NCBI GenBank assembly: GCA_902799685.1 | Contig: CADCBO010000011.1 | Coordinates: 1,524 to 65,523, forward strand | Direction: 5' to 3' | DNA: 64,000 nt | Source of the DNA: an uncultured Bacteroidales bacterium | GTDB lineage: Bacteria > Bacteroidota > Bacteroidia > Bacteroidales > Bacteroidaceae | Shown here: positions 18,759 through 27,448 of the stretch, piece after piece | Numbering within the stretch: the first letter of the stretch is position 1 | Layout: each line of letters begins with the position of its first letter | Made by a program: the position numbers and the translations under genes | The notes under the pieces: model-generated | What the model saw: the letters and a program-made list of their open reading frames with translations, nothing else | Databases searched by the model: none | What the model was told of the DNA's origin: nothing

Positions 18759-21059
18759 TCAGCATTTGATATAAGCCTTGAAGGATGAATGGAAGCAGCT
18801 GCCCGCTCCAGGCTTGCTTTCCACGCCAACTTCACCATCCATCTTTTCTGTGAACATCTTGGCGATGGTCAGACCCAGGCCCACTCCCGTCTTGAACATA
18901 TCATCCTTCCAGAATATGTTGAACACTTTGTTTAACCTGCGGCTCTCTATTCCGCAACCGGTATCTTCGACAAACAATTCAACCTGCTCCAGGCCAAGGT
19001 TATAGCGCCAGCCAATCCAGACAGATCCCTTTGCTGTAAATTTGAAAGCATTCTTGATGTACTGCCCCAGAATGGCCTCGACTCTGGCCGGATCAACAAA
19101 GGCGTAGACATTCTCCCTGCCTGCTTCAAACCTGAAATTCAGGGCAGACGGCACATTTGATGACCATTCATCGAATATGTGCTTCATCAACGGTGCTATC
19201 TCAGTCTCAACCGGATTCACATCTACCCTGCCGCTCTCAAAACGAGAGAACTGGAGAATATCCTCTATCATCTCTCCCAGCAGGTTGGAATTCTCACGTA
19301 TAAGACCTACAATCTCATCCCGCTCCTGCCCCCGGATAAGGCCGTCATCGGTGCTGAGCAGCTGTGCAAATCCCAGAATGGCATTGAGCGGAGTACGTAT
19401 CTCATGACTGATATTCATAAGGAAGGTTTCCTTGCTGGTAATCTCTTCGGCCACAAGGGCAGCCTCTGTCATGTATTCGTTATATAACACCATGTCATTG
19501 ATGTCTATTACAATGCCGGAAAGCGATTCCAGCATATCGATACGGTCCTCTTGGGCATTCATGTTGACATTGGGTCTGAACTGCCACCAGCGGTATGTCT
19601 CGCCATTATCCTTTGTGAGGCGGAAATCCTTTGACCCTAAGGGCTTTCCGGAAGCAAGTAAGGCCAACAGTTCGGCAAACACGTCCGAATCATCAGGATG
19701 AAGCATAGGCTCCAGTTCCATAAGGTCATCGGCCGAACTCACCACGATACAATCTGCGTTCTGGAGAGCCATATCCAGCATGATGCGCTCATTCTCTATG
19801 TCAGTCAGAGCTTTCTGAAGCTCCGCATCCTTCTTGCGGAACAGAAGATACAGCAGCAATGAAAGGATAGCAATGAAAAGCAGCACATCAAAGACAATGA
19901 ACATAATGAATCTGAACGGATGCTGCACGCGCCACGGAGCACCCATTATGATAAAGTTATCACAGAAATCATTATAACTCATGTTAAGAAGCTCCATAGC
20001 CCTCCAAGACATATAGTATCCGGCCTCATGTTCCTTTATGGGCAGACTGCCGGCAGCCTCTCCATGAAGGATACGAGCCACATACTCCGCCTGATCCCGT
20101 GCCACAGTCTCATACGAAGCAAAGTAGCCGCACAAGGCGCGCCTGGAGCCGTCGCCGAATCCGTCACGGACTGCCGAGAACTGCGGTTTGAGAGTCTTAC
20201 TCAGCACCTGCTCGTTCTCTATATCACGCTTTACCGTAAGAAAAGGCGTCATTGTCAGACTGTTGAGGATCTTTACTCTGTGCACATGATAGTCTCCGTC
20301 GCTGCGATAGTCATTAAGTTCAGGACATGCATTGGAGAACACATTTATAAATATGGAATCCTTATATCTTTCTGCAAGCCGGTCAAGCGGCAGGTCCTTT
20401 ACATGGTAATCCATATTGTTCACGTATGGGGGTCTGTCCAGTTCGCTGTGCAGCCTTTCCCTAATACGTTTGTCATATTCGGTAGTATCAAGCTCTATCA
20501 CCACCACATTCGGATACATGGGTTGACCGGGCACAGCGGTATATGGCGCCATACGCACAGCCAATTCTATATTGCGCTGGAAATTAAGCAGGTCTGTACA
20601 TACAGCCGTGTTATTACTGCGTCGGATGCGTGTCCAGTCCGGACAGCGAAGGCCTGCCGCAACCATGGGAATGCTGTCAACCACAGGCAGCCATTTGCTG
20701 TACTCACCCTCCAGATAAAGACTAAGTGTCCTGTCATCGATACAGCAGACTATATCGGGAATCCATTGTTCGTCATTCAGTCTTTTAAGCGATGCCTCAA
20801 GTGCATCCGACTGGGCAAGGTCAAGATGACCGGATGAATATACGTTACGGATATCGGCATTTATCCCGTTTTCCTTAAGTGACTGCTCCAGAGTCTGTTC
20901 ATAAACCCTATAGTTCCGGAATACGGAGTCATACACGAACAGGCAAAGGACATTGTATGTCTTTTCTTTGTCAAAACCGTTTACAGGCCTCCCTGTACAG
21001 CCAGGAATAAGCAGAATAACAGGCAACAACACTGCCAGAAGGAATCCTTTAAGTCTCAT
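18759..21059 (-). CDS. Sensor histidine kinase with binding-protein-like extracytoplasmic domain
   Basis: Lipoprotein-like signal (LLIPGC), about 380-aa periplasmic domain, one TM, PAS-sized linker, HisKA H-box SHEIRTPLNAILGFAQLL, and HATPase N/G boxes (DTGCGI, GVGLGL). No receiver domain. Confidence 0.85.
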   Translation of the reverse strand: MRLKGFLLAVLLPVILLIPGCTGRPVNGFDKEKTYNVLCLFVYDSVFRNYRVYEQTLEQSLKENGINADIRNVYSSGHLDLAQSDALEASLKRLNDEQWIPDIVCCIDDRTLSLYLEGEYSKWLPVVDSIPMVAAGLRCPDWTRIRRSNNTAVCTDLLNFQRNIELAVRMAPYTAVPGQPMYPNVVVIELDTTEYDKRIRERLHSELDRPPYVNNMDYHVKDLPLDRLAERYKDSIFINVFSNACPELNDYRSDGDYHVHRVKILNSLTMTPFLTVKRDIENEQVLSKTLKPQFSAVRDGFGDGSRRALCGYFASYETVARDQAEYVARILHGEAAGSLPIKEHEAGYYMSWRAMELLNMSYNDFCDNFIIMGAPWRVQHPFRFIMFIVFDVLLFIAILSLLLYLLFRKKDAELQKALTDIENERIMLDMALQNADCIVVSSADDLMELEPMLHPDDSDVFAELLALLASGKPLGSKDFRLTKDNGETYRWWQFRPNVNMNAQEDRIDMLESLSGIVIDINDMVLYNEYMTEAALVAEEITSKETFLMNISHEIRTPLNAILGFAQLLSTDDGLIRGQERDEIVGLIRENSNLLGEMIEDILQFSRFESGRVDVNPVETEIAPLMKHIFDEWSSNVPSALNFRFEAGRENVYAFVDPARVEAILGQYIKNAFKFTAKGSVWIGWRYNLGLEQVELFVEDTGCGIESRRLNKVFNIFWKDDMFKTGVGLGLTIAKMFTEKMDGEVGVESKPGAGSCFHSSFKAYIKC

Positions 21060-23446
21060 AAGGCAGTATTTTTAGAGTTTTCTACAGGCAGACGGAACCA
21101 GAAACGGCTACCCTGCCCTAATTTGCTGGTAAAACCGTACTGCCCGTTCTGTTTCTCTATTATGGAGTAGCAGATGTCAAGTCCCAGTCCGGTACCCTTG
21201 TAATTGCCCTTGGCCATACCGAAACGCTGCCTGACCAGCTTGCTGTCCTCCTCACTGATACCGATGCCCGTATCGGTCACGAACACCTCGATGCAATCTT
21301 CACCTTCCGGAACTGTCCAACCCAATGTGACAGACCCCTGAAGAGTATATTTGAACGCATTGCTGAGGAAATTGTTTATTACCTGGCTGGTTCTGATAGG
21401 ATCAGCCATTATCATGACATCATCTCCATCATACGGCTCAAACCTGAACCTGAGGTGCGAAGGGCAGAGAATGCGGTTGGTATGGTAGCTGTCATTCAGC
21501 AGTTTTGCAGTACTTATGCGGCGTATTTTGAATGACATGGAATCCGTGCTGTCAACAGGTTTTCGCACCGCTTCGTCAATAAGGTCAAGCAGTTGCTCGG
21601 TATTATCCCGTATGAGGCTTGTAAATAGAATCTTGTCCTCAAGACTACACCCCTCTGCCAGCAATTGTGCAAAACCGGAAATGGCATTCAGCGGAGTACG
21701 TATGTCATGAGTTATGTTGGCAATGAAATTCTCTTTTGATATAACCTCCTCGGCCCTGATTGCCGACTCCTGAAGGGTTTTCTCGAATTCAACTATCTTA
21801 TCAATCCTTATGACGAAACCTATAATCATATCCTCCGACTGGTTCTTGCGGGATGAAACCTCCCACCAGTGCCACTCGTTGTTAGGTAACTTTGCCCTGA
21901 CCCTGACCTTTGACTTATACGAATCAGCATTGGCAAGCCCGGTACAGATGTCAAACGATCCGTAACTCTCGGGAGCCACAAATTCCCTTCTGTACTCCTC
22001 TATAGGCCATTCATAGGTTACGGATTCTCTATCCGAACTCTTAAGGAAACCTATCCGTCCGTCCTTGACCTTGAAGAATAGCGAGAAACTGCCCTCCAGA
22101 ACCAGAATACGGCGCTGAGTCTCCTGTTTGAGCAATGCCAGGGCATTTTCCCTCTGGGTGTTCCTTTTTTTGAAACGTACGCTGGTAAAAAGCGAAAGCA
22201 GTCCTGCCACAAGGACAACCGCCAGCGATACAAGTGATATGAAAAGCTCCCTATTGGCCACTACAAACGGCACATTGACTATATTGAACTGCTCCCTGTA
22301 ATCACTGTAGTTAAGAGGAGGATCCATCTGGACCATAGCATTCCAGTCCATGTAATAGCCTTTCTGATGCGTCTCGACCGATATATCCCTGGGATGCTCG
22401 CCGTTCAGTATCCTTATTGCCGAATGAACCTGGTCTGTAATTTGTGTCTCTATGCTTGCAAAATAGCCGCACAGGAACTTGGGACGTTCATATTCACTCT
22501 CACCTGCATTAGTCTCATTGGCACCCAAAAGGTTGCTGAAACTGCCGAACTGCTCACGGATACAAGTTATCTGCGGAGTACGGGTAAGATCAATAAGACT
22601 GTTGCTGAACAGGTCATATTTGACCTGAATGTGCCCCTGACGTCCCTCGAAGGTATACGACTTGCCTATATCCGAGTTCTTGAGTCCATCATTGGCATCA
22701 ACGGACAGAAGATGACGGTTCTTTTCGGGATCGGCCATGCAGACAAAACTTACTATTATCTTGTCCCTGTAACGGGGAGATGACAGGTCTGCGTATTCAA
22801 GATGGAAATCAGAGTTGTTGATAAAGAATGCCGTGTCAGATATACCGGCATACAGCCTTTCGCGCAATTCATCCTGATAGCCTCCATAATCCAGTTCAAC
22901 TATAGGATTGCCGGGGTAACCAAGATTGCGGTAAAGGTTACAGTTGGCAGCCAGATCGACAGGGTCACGCCAACCGGTTACCAGCGGATAGTCCTGATGG
23001 GCAAACGTATAGGCCGACACTCCTGCAAAAACAGTAGGAATGGTTTTAAGCAGGACATCCTCATTCTGCATTACGTAATGGAACGCCAGGTCGTCGTTTA
23101 TGAGAAGCAGATCCGGATCATAGCTGCATACCGTATCCACAAAAAGGTCCAGGCCATCCTCATTCACGAAAGGCTTTTCCTTATGTATCAGGTCCAGATA
23201 AATGTGGTGAAGGCTGACATTCATTCCATGGTGCCTGAAACGCCCTTCCATATAATTCCGGAAATAGCTTCCCTCCTGCCCCATATCATTATAGGAGTGA
23301 ATGACCAGGACAGTATAATCCGGATCCTTACGGATTTTGCCGTTCATGCCGCATGAGACGGTCAACGTCAATGCCATTGCGCAGAATATGGCACGTAAAA
23401 TCAGACAGAACGGGTTATTGTCCTTTTTATTTGAAGCGAAAAACAT
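21056..23446 (-). CDS. Sensor histidine kinase, tandem paralogue of 18759-21059
   Basis: Same architecture, with H-box THDIRTPLNAISGFAQLL and boxes DTGIGI and GTGLGL. Shares CGYFAS(I/Y)ET in the periplasmic domain. 4-nt overlap with the downstream kinase gene. Confidence 0.85.
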   Translation of the reverse strand: MFFASNKKDNNPFCLILRAIFCAMALTLTVSCGMNGKIRKDPDYTVLVIHSYNDMGQEGSYFRNYMEGRFRHHGMNVSLHHIYLDLIHKEKPFVNEDGLDLFVDTVCSYDPDLLLINDDLAFHYVMQNEDVLLKTIPTVFAGVSAYTFAHQDYPLVTGWRDPVDLAANCNLYRNLGYPGNPIVELDYGGYQDELRERLYAGISDTAFFINNSDFHLEYADLSSPRYRDKIIVSFVCMADPEKNRHLLSVDANDGLKNSDIGKSYTFEGRQGHIQVKYDLFSNSLIDLTRTPQITCIREQFGSFSNLLGANETNAGESEYERPKFLCGYFASIETQITDQVHSAIRILNGEHPRDISVETHQKGYYMDWNAMVQMDPPLNYSDYREQFNIVNVPFVVANRELFISLVSLAVVLVAGLLSLFTSVRFKKRNTQRENALALLKQETQRRILVLEGSFSLFFKVKDGRIGFLKSSDRESVTYEWPIEEYRREFVAPESYGSFDICTGLANADSYKSKVRVRAKLPNNEWHWWEVSSRKNQSEDMIIGFVIRIDKIVEFEKTLQESAIRAEEVISKENFIANITHDIRTPLNAISGFAQLLAEGCSLEDKILFTSLIRDNTEQLLDLIDEAVRKPVDSTDSMSFKIRRISTAKLLNDSYHTNRILCPSHLRFRFEPYDGDDVMIMADPIRTSQVINNFLSNAFKYTLQGSVTLGWTVPEGEDCIEVFVTDTGIGISEEDSKLVRQRFGMAKGNYKGTGLGLDICYSIIEKQNGQYGFTSKLGQGSRFWFRLPVENSKNTAL

Positions 23447-23465
23447 TTCTGACGATACAATATTG

Positions 23466-23473
23466 CAAACTTA
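23466..23473 (-). promoter_or_regulatory. Candidate -7 box TAAGTTTG for the kinase operon
   Basis: Plus strand reads CAAACTTA, an exact TAnnTTTG on the minus strand, 19 nt before the ATG at 23446. It is followed by CAATATTGT, as at 13779-13787. Confidence 0.4.
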
Positions 23474-23552
23474 ACAATTTTTTAAATAAGTATGAACAAA
23501 AGACGGGATGAAAATAGCGAACTTTGTGGAATAGGTAATTCACCTTATCATT

Positions 23553-24686
23553 ATGAAAATAATATGTGATTCAGATATCCCATTCCTCAAGGGCGCTCTT
23601 GAGCCTTACTGTGAGGTAGTGTATGCACGCGGCAGTGACATCAGCAATGAGATGGTCGCTGATGCTGACGCACTGGTGGTAAGGACACGCACCAGATGCG
23701 ACGCCTCATTGCTTGAAGGCTCAAAGGTAAGGTTCATAGCTACCGCCACCATCGGATACGACCACATTGACACTGACTGGTGTGAACGGCAAGGAATAAA
23801 CTGGACAAACGCTCCCGGATGCAACTCATGGTCCGTGCAACAGTATATGGCTTCCCTGCTGGTGACACTGTCCCGTCATTACGGGTTTGACTGCAAGGAG
23901 AGGACCATAGGCATTGTAGGTGCAGGCAATGTGGGCAGCAAAGTGGCCCGTCTGGCGGCCCTGTTGGGATTCAGGGTCCTGTTGTGCGATCCTCCACGCG
24001 CAGAGAGAGAAGGCCACGGCGGCTTTGTGGCACTGGATGAAATCATTGCTCAAAGCGACATAATAAGCTGTCATGTACCTCTGACATATGAAGGCAGGCA
24101 CTCTACTCATCATATGTTTGACAGACAAAGGTTACTGACCCTGAAGAAACATCAGACACTGATAAACACCTCCAGGGGCGAAGTGGTTGACACGATAGCG
24201 CTTAAGGAAATGCTTGCCACCGACAGAATCATGACTGCAGCACTGGATGTATGGGAAAACGAGCCCCAAATAGACGGAGAGCTGCTCAAGCTTCTTTTTG
24301 CCGGCACGCCACACATAGCAGGATATTCACAGGACGGCAAGGCTGCCGGCACAGCCATGTGCGTGCAGGCTCTGGGCAATTTCTTTGACCTGCCATGCGC
24401 TGACTGGGAGGTATGCGACATACCTGCTCCCGTACAGTCTTCCGAGTTCATCATAGACGCATCGGGGAAGAAGCCGCAGACCGTGCTGGGTGACGCAATA
24501 CTGCACACATATGATGTAATGCAGGACTGCTCAATGCTCAGGGCCGATATCACGGCATTCGAGAGACTGCGTTCCCGCTACCCTGTAAGAAGGGAATTCC
24601 CCGCATATACAATCAGGCTCCTGAACGATGATTCGGGCCGTTCTACAGTATTTTTGAGAGAAGCAGGGTTCAAAGTTTGTGAATGA
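23553..24686 (+). CDS. pdxB: 4-phosphoerythronate dehydrogenase
   Basis: D-2-hydroxyacid dehydrogenase fold with GIVGAGNVGSKV NAD site. 377 aa with a PdxB-type C-terminal extension. Confidence 0.8.
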   Translation: MKIICDSDIPFLKGALEPYCEVVYARGSDISNEMVADADALVVRTRTRCDASLLEGSKVRFIATATIGYDHIDTDWCERQGINWTNAPGCNSWSVQQYMASLLVTLSRHYGFDCKERTIGIVGAGNVGSKVARLAALLGFRVLLCDPPRAEREGHGGFVALDEIIAQSDIISCHVPLTYEGRHSTHHMFDRQRLLTLKKHQTLINTSRGEVVDTIALKEMLATDRIMTAALDVWENEPQIDGELLKLLFAGTPHIAGYSQDGKAAGTAMCVQALGNFFDLPCADWEVCDIPAPVQSSEFIIDASGKKPQTVLGDAILHTYDVMQDCSMLRADITAFERLRSRYPVRREFPAYTIRLLNDDSGRSTVFLREAGFKVCE

Positions 24687-24691
24687 TATCA

Positions 24692-24699
24692 TATCTTTG
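24692..24699 (+). promoter_or_regulatory. Candidate -7 box TATCTTTG immediately downstream of the pdxB stop
   Basis: Exact TAnnTTTG with its G 8 nt before the ATG at 24707. Confidence 0.3.
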
Positions 24700-24706
24700 C
24701 AATAAT

Positions 24707-25954
24707 ATGGAATTAGGAAAATACTCTTTTGGAACAGGAGACCGTTTCTCACATGAGGGAAAGGCTCAACTGGCCGCACTTATTGAGGCTAAGGACAAAT
24801 ACGGAATTGATTTTGTACCGGTGTGGAACAAGTCCAACCGTGAGCATCAGATTATAGGGACCGACCCTATGGACACGCGCCGTGAAGCTGATGAAGCAAT
24901 CAACACCCTGGGCTACGGGAAGCCTTATTATGTTGATGCCGACCACATAAACATGAACAATGTTGACAGGTTTATGTATGCATCGGACTTCTTTACCATT
25001 GACGTGGCCGATTACATAGGCAAAACCGCCGATGCTGATTCAATTGCCGTTTTTACGGAAAAGAACCTGAAATATGCAGGCAGCCTTGCCATACCCGGCA
25101 TTGACCGGCCGTTCAATGTGGACCGCAAACTGATTGAGAACATGGCCGGCAAATACCTGTTCGCAGTGCAGGAGGCGGGACGTATATACCGTCATATAGA
25201 CAAGACAAAAGGTGCAGACAATTTTGTTACAGAGGTATCGATGGACGAGGTTGACTCGCCCCAGACTCCCATTGAGATTTTCTTCATACTGAGCGCTTTG
25301 GCACAGGAAGGTGTACCCGCGCAGACAATAGCCCCCAAGTTTACCGGCCGGTTCAACAAAGGAGTTGATTATGTGGGCGATACAGCACAGTTTGAGAAAG
25401 AGTTCCGCGAAGACCTGCTGGTGATTGACTTTGCAATAAAGGAGTTCGGACTGCCGGAAGGACTCAAGTTGAGCATCCACTCCGGCAGTGACAAGTTCTC
25501 AATCTACCCCATTATGGGCAGACTGATCAGGCAATATGACAAAGGCATACACATAAAGACAGCCGGCACCACATGGCTGGAGGAGAACATCGGCCTTGCG
25601 CTGGCCGACGACAGAGCGCTGGAACTGGCCAAGAAGATTGCCATATCAGCATTGGGACGCATGGAAGAACTGTGCATCCCATACGCTACGGTGATTGACA
25701 TAAATCCCGCCAAACTGCCCACAGCTGCACAGATTGCCGCATGGAGCGGTCAGGAATACGCCCGTGCACTGCGACACAATCAGCAGGATCCGCTTTACAA
25801 CCCTGATTTCCGCCAGCTTGTGCATGTAAGCTACAAGATTGCCGCCGAACTGGGCGATGAGTTCTACACAACTTTGAAGCGTAATGCCCAGGTAGTTGCA
25901 GAGCAGGTCAAGGAGAATATACTTGAAAGACACATAGCACGTCTTTTTGAATAA
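24707..25954 (+). CDS. Tagaturonate/fructuronate epimerase (UxaE)-like protein
   Basis: About 415 aa, beginning MELGKYSFGTGDRF. Lies directly upstream of uxaC. The family call is by recollection of UxaE-family N-termini and by context, so it is moderate only. Confidence 0.5.
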   Translation: MELGKYSFGTGDRFSHEGKAQLAALIEAKDKYGIDFVPVWNKSNREHQIIGTDPMDTRREADEAINTLGYGKPYYVDADHINMNNVDRFMYASDFFTIDVADYIGKTADADSIAVFTEKNLKYAGSLAIPGIDRPFNVDRKLIENMAGKYLFAVQEAGRIYRHIDKTKGADNFVTEVSMDEVDSPQTPIEIFFILSALAQEGVPAQTIAPKFTGRFNKGVDYVGDTAQFEKEFREDLLVIDFAIKEFGLPEGLKLSIHSGSDKFSIYPIMGRLIRQYDKGIHIKTAGTTWLEENIGLALADDRALELAKKIAISALGRMEELCIPYATVIDINPAKLPTAAQIAAWSGQEYARALRHNQQDPLYNPDFRQLVHVSYKIAAELGDEFYTTLKRNAQVVAEQVKENILERHIARLFE

Positions 25955-25971
25955 CTTAAAAAACCGATTAT

Positions 25972-27375
25972 ATGAAACCGTTCATTCATGAGAATTTCCT
26001 TTTACAGAACGAGACCGGAGTACATCTGTTTCACGACCATGCAAAGAAGCTGCCCATAATTGATTATCACTGCCACCTGAATCCGCAGGAAGTGGCCGAG
26101 GACCACAAATTCCGTTCCATCACCGAGCTATGGCTGGGCGGTGACCACTACAAATGGCGTGCCCTGCGCACCAACGGAGTGGCTGAAAAATATATTACAG
26201 GCGACGCATCGGACTGGGAAAAGTTCCAGAAGTGGGCCGAGACCATGCCCTACTGCATGCGCAACCCGCTCTATCATTGGACTCACCTGGAACTCAAGAC
26301 CTGTTTTGGAATAGACAAGGTCCTTAACCCGCAGACCGCAAAGGAGATCTATGACGAGTGCAACGAGAAACTGGCCAGCCCGGAGTTCAGCGCCCGCAAC
26401 CTGATGTTGCACTACAACGTAGAGGCCGTTTGCACCACCGATGACCCCGTGGATTCACTGGAATACCACAAGCAGGTACGTGAGAGCGGATTCAAGGTCA
26501 AGGTACTGCCAACATGGCGTCCGGATATGGCCATGACCGTTGAGAATCCGGCTGCATACCGCGACTATATTGACAAACTTGCCAAGGTGAGCGGTGTAAG
26601 CATAAATTGTTTTGATGACATTGTAAAGGCCCTATTGATACGGCACAAGTATTTTGAGCAGATGGGTTGCCGCCTGAGCGACCACGGCATGGAAGAGTTC
26701 TATGCCGATGACTTCACTACCGCAGAGCTGGATGCCATTTTTGCAAAAGTGTATGGCGGCACCAACCTGACCGAGGCCGAAATACGCAAGTTCAAGAGCG
26801 CCATGCTGATTGAATTCGGCAAGATGGATGCCGATACCGGCTGGACCCAGCAGTTCCACTACGGCGTGATACGTAACCAGAACTCAAAGATGTTCAAGCT
26901 TATAGGCAAGGACACCGGGTTTGACTCCATGTCGCAGGTCATGACCGCCAAGGCCATGAACCGTTACCTGGACCGTCTTAACAGCATGGACAAGCTGACC
27001 AAGACCATAATCTACAACCTGAACCCGTCTGATTTTGAGATGGTAGGCACCACCATAGGCAACTTCCAGGACGGAAGCGTACCCGGCAAGATACAGCTTG
27101 GAGCAGGCTGGTGGTTCCTGGACCAGAAGAACGGCATGGAGCAGCAGATGCAGGTGCTGAGCATGCTGGGACTGCTGTCAAGATTTGTCGGAATGTTGAC
27201 CGACAGCCGCTCGTTCGTATCATACGCACGCCATGAATATTTCCGCCGCATACTGTGCAATCTGATAGGCAACGACGTGGAGAAAGGTGAGATTCCGGCA
27301 AGCGAAATGCCACGTATTGAACAGATGATCGAGGACATTTCTTATTACAACGCAAAAAAATTCTTTAGTTTTTAA
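25972..27375 (+). CDS. uxaC: Glucuronate isomerase
   Basis: N-terminus FIHENFLLQNE...LPIIDYHCHL. 467 aa, typical of UxaC. Confidence 0.9.
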   Translation: MKPFIHENFLLQNETGVHLFHDHAKKLPIIDYHCHLNPQEVAEDHKFRSITELWLGGDHYKWRALRTNGVAEKYITGDASDWEKFQKWAETMPYCMRNPLYHWTHLELKTCFGIDKVLNPQTAKEIYDECNEKLASPEFSARNLMLHYNVEAVCTTDDPVDSLEYHKQVRESGFKVKVLPTWRPDMAMTVENPAAYRDYIDKLAKVSGVSINCFDDIVKALLIRHKYFEQMGCRLSDHGMEEFYADDFTTAELDAIFAKVYGGTNLTEAEIRKFKSAMLIEFGKMDADTGWTQQFHYGVIRNQNSKMFKLIGKDTGFDSMSQVMTAKAMNRYLDRLNSMDKLTKTIIYNLNPSDFEMVGTTIGNFQDGSVPGKIQLGAGWWFLDQKNGMEQQMQVLSMLGLLSRFVGMLTDSRSFVSYARHEYFRRILCNLIGNDVEKGEIPASEMPRIEQMIEDISYYNAKKFFSF

Positions 27376-27386
27376 AATATTTATTT

Positions 27387-27394
27387 TAACTTTG
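27387..27394 (+). promoter_or_regulatory. Candidate -7 box TAACTTTG
   Basis: Exact TAnnTTTG 55 nt upstream of the ATG at 27449. Confidence 0.3.
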
Positions 27395-27448
27395 TGCAAA
27401 TAAGCTTATAGTTTTAGAATAAAACCCTATTTTATCCATAATGCTAAT

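Noticed and set aside
19920-20837. 305-aa plus-strand ORF inside the histidine kinase gene
   Set aside because: It is an antisense shadow of a well-supported kinase CDS. The translation is low-complexity and His/Arg-rich, with no motifs.
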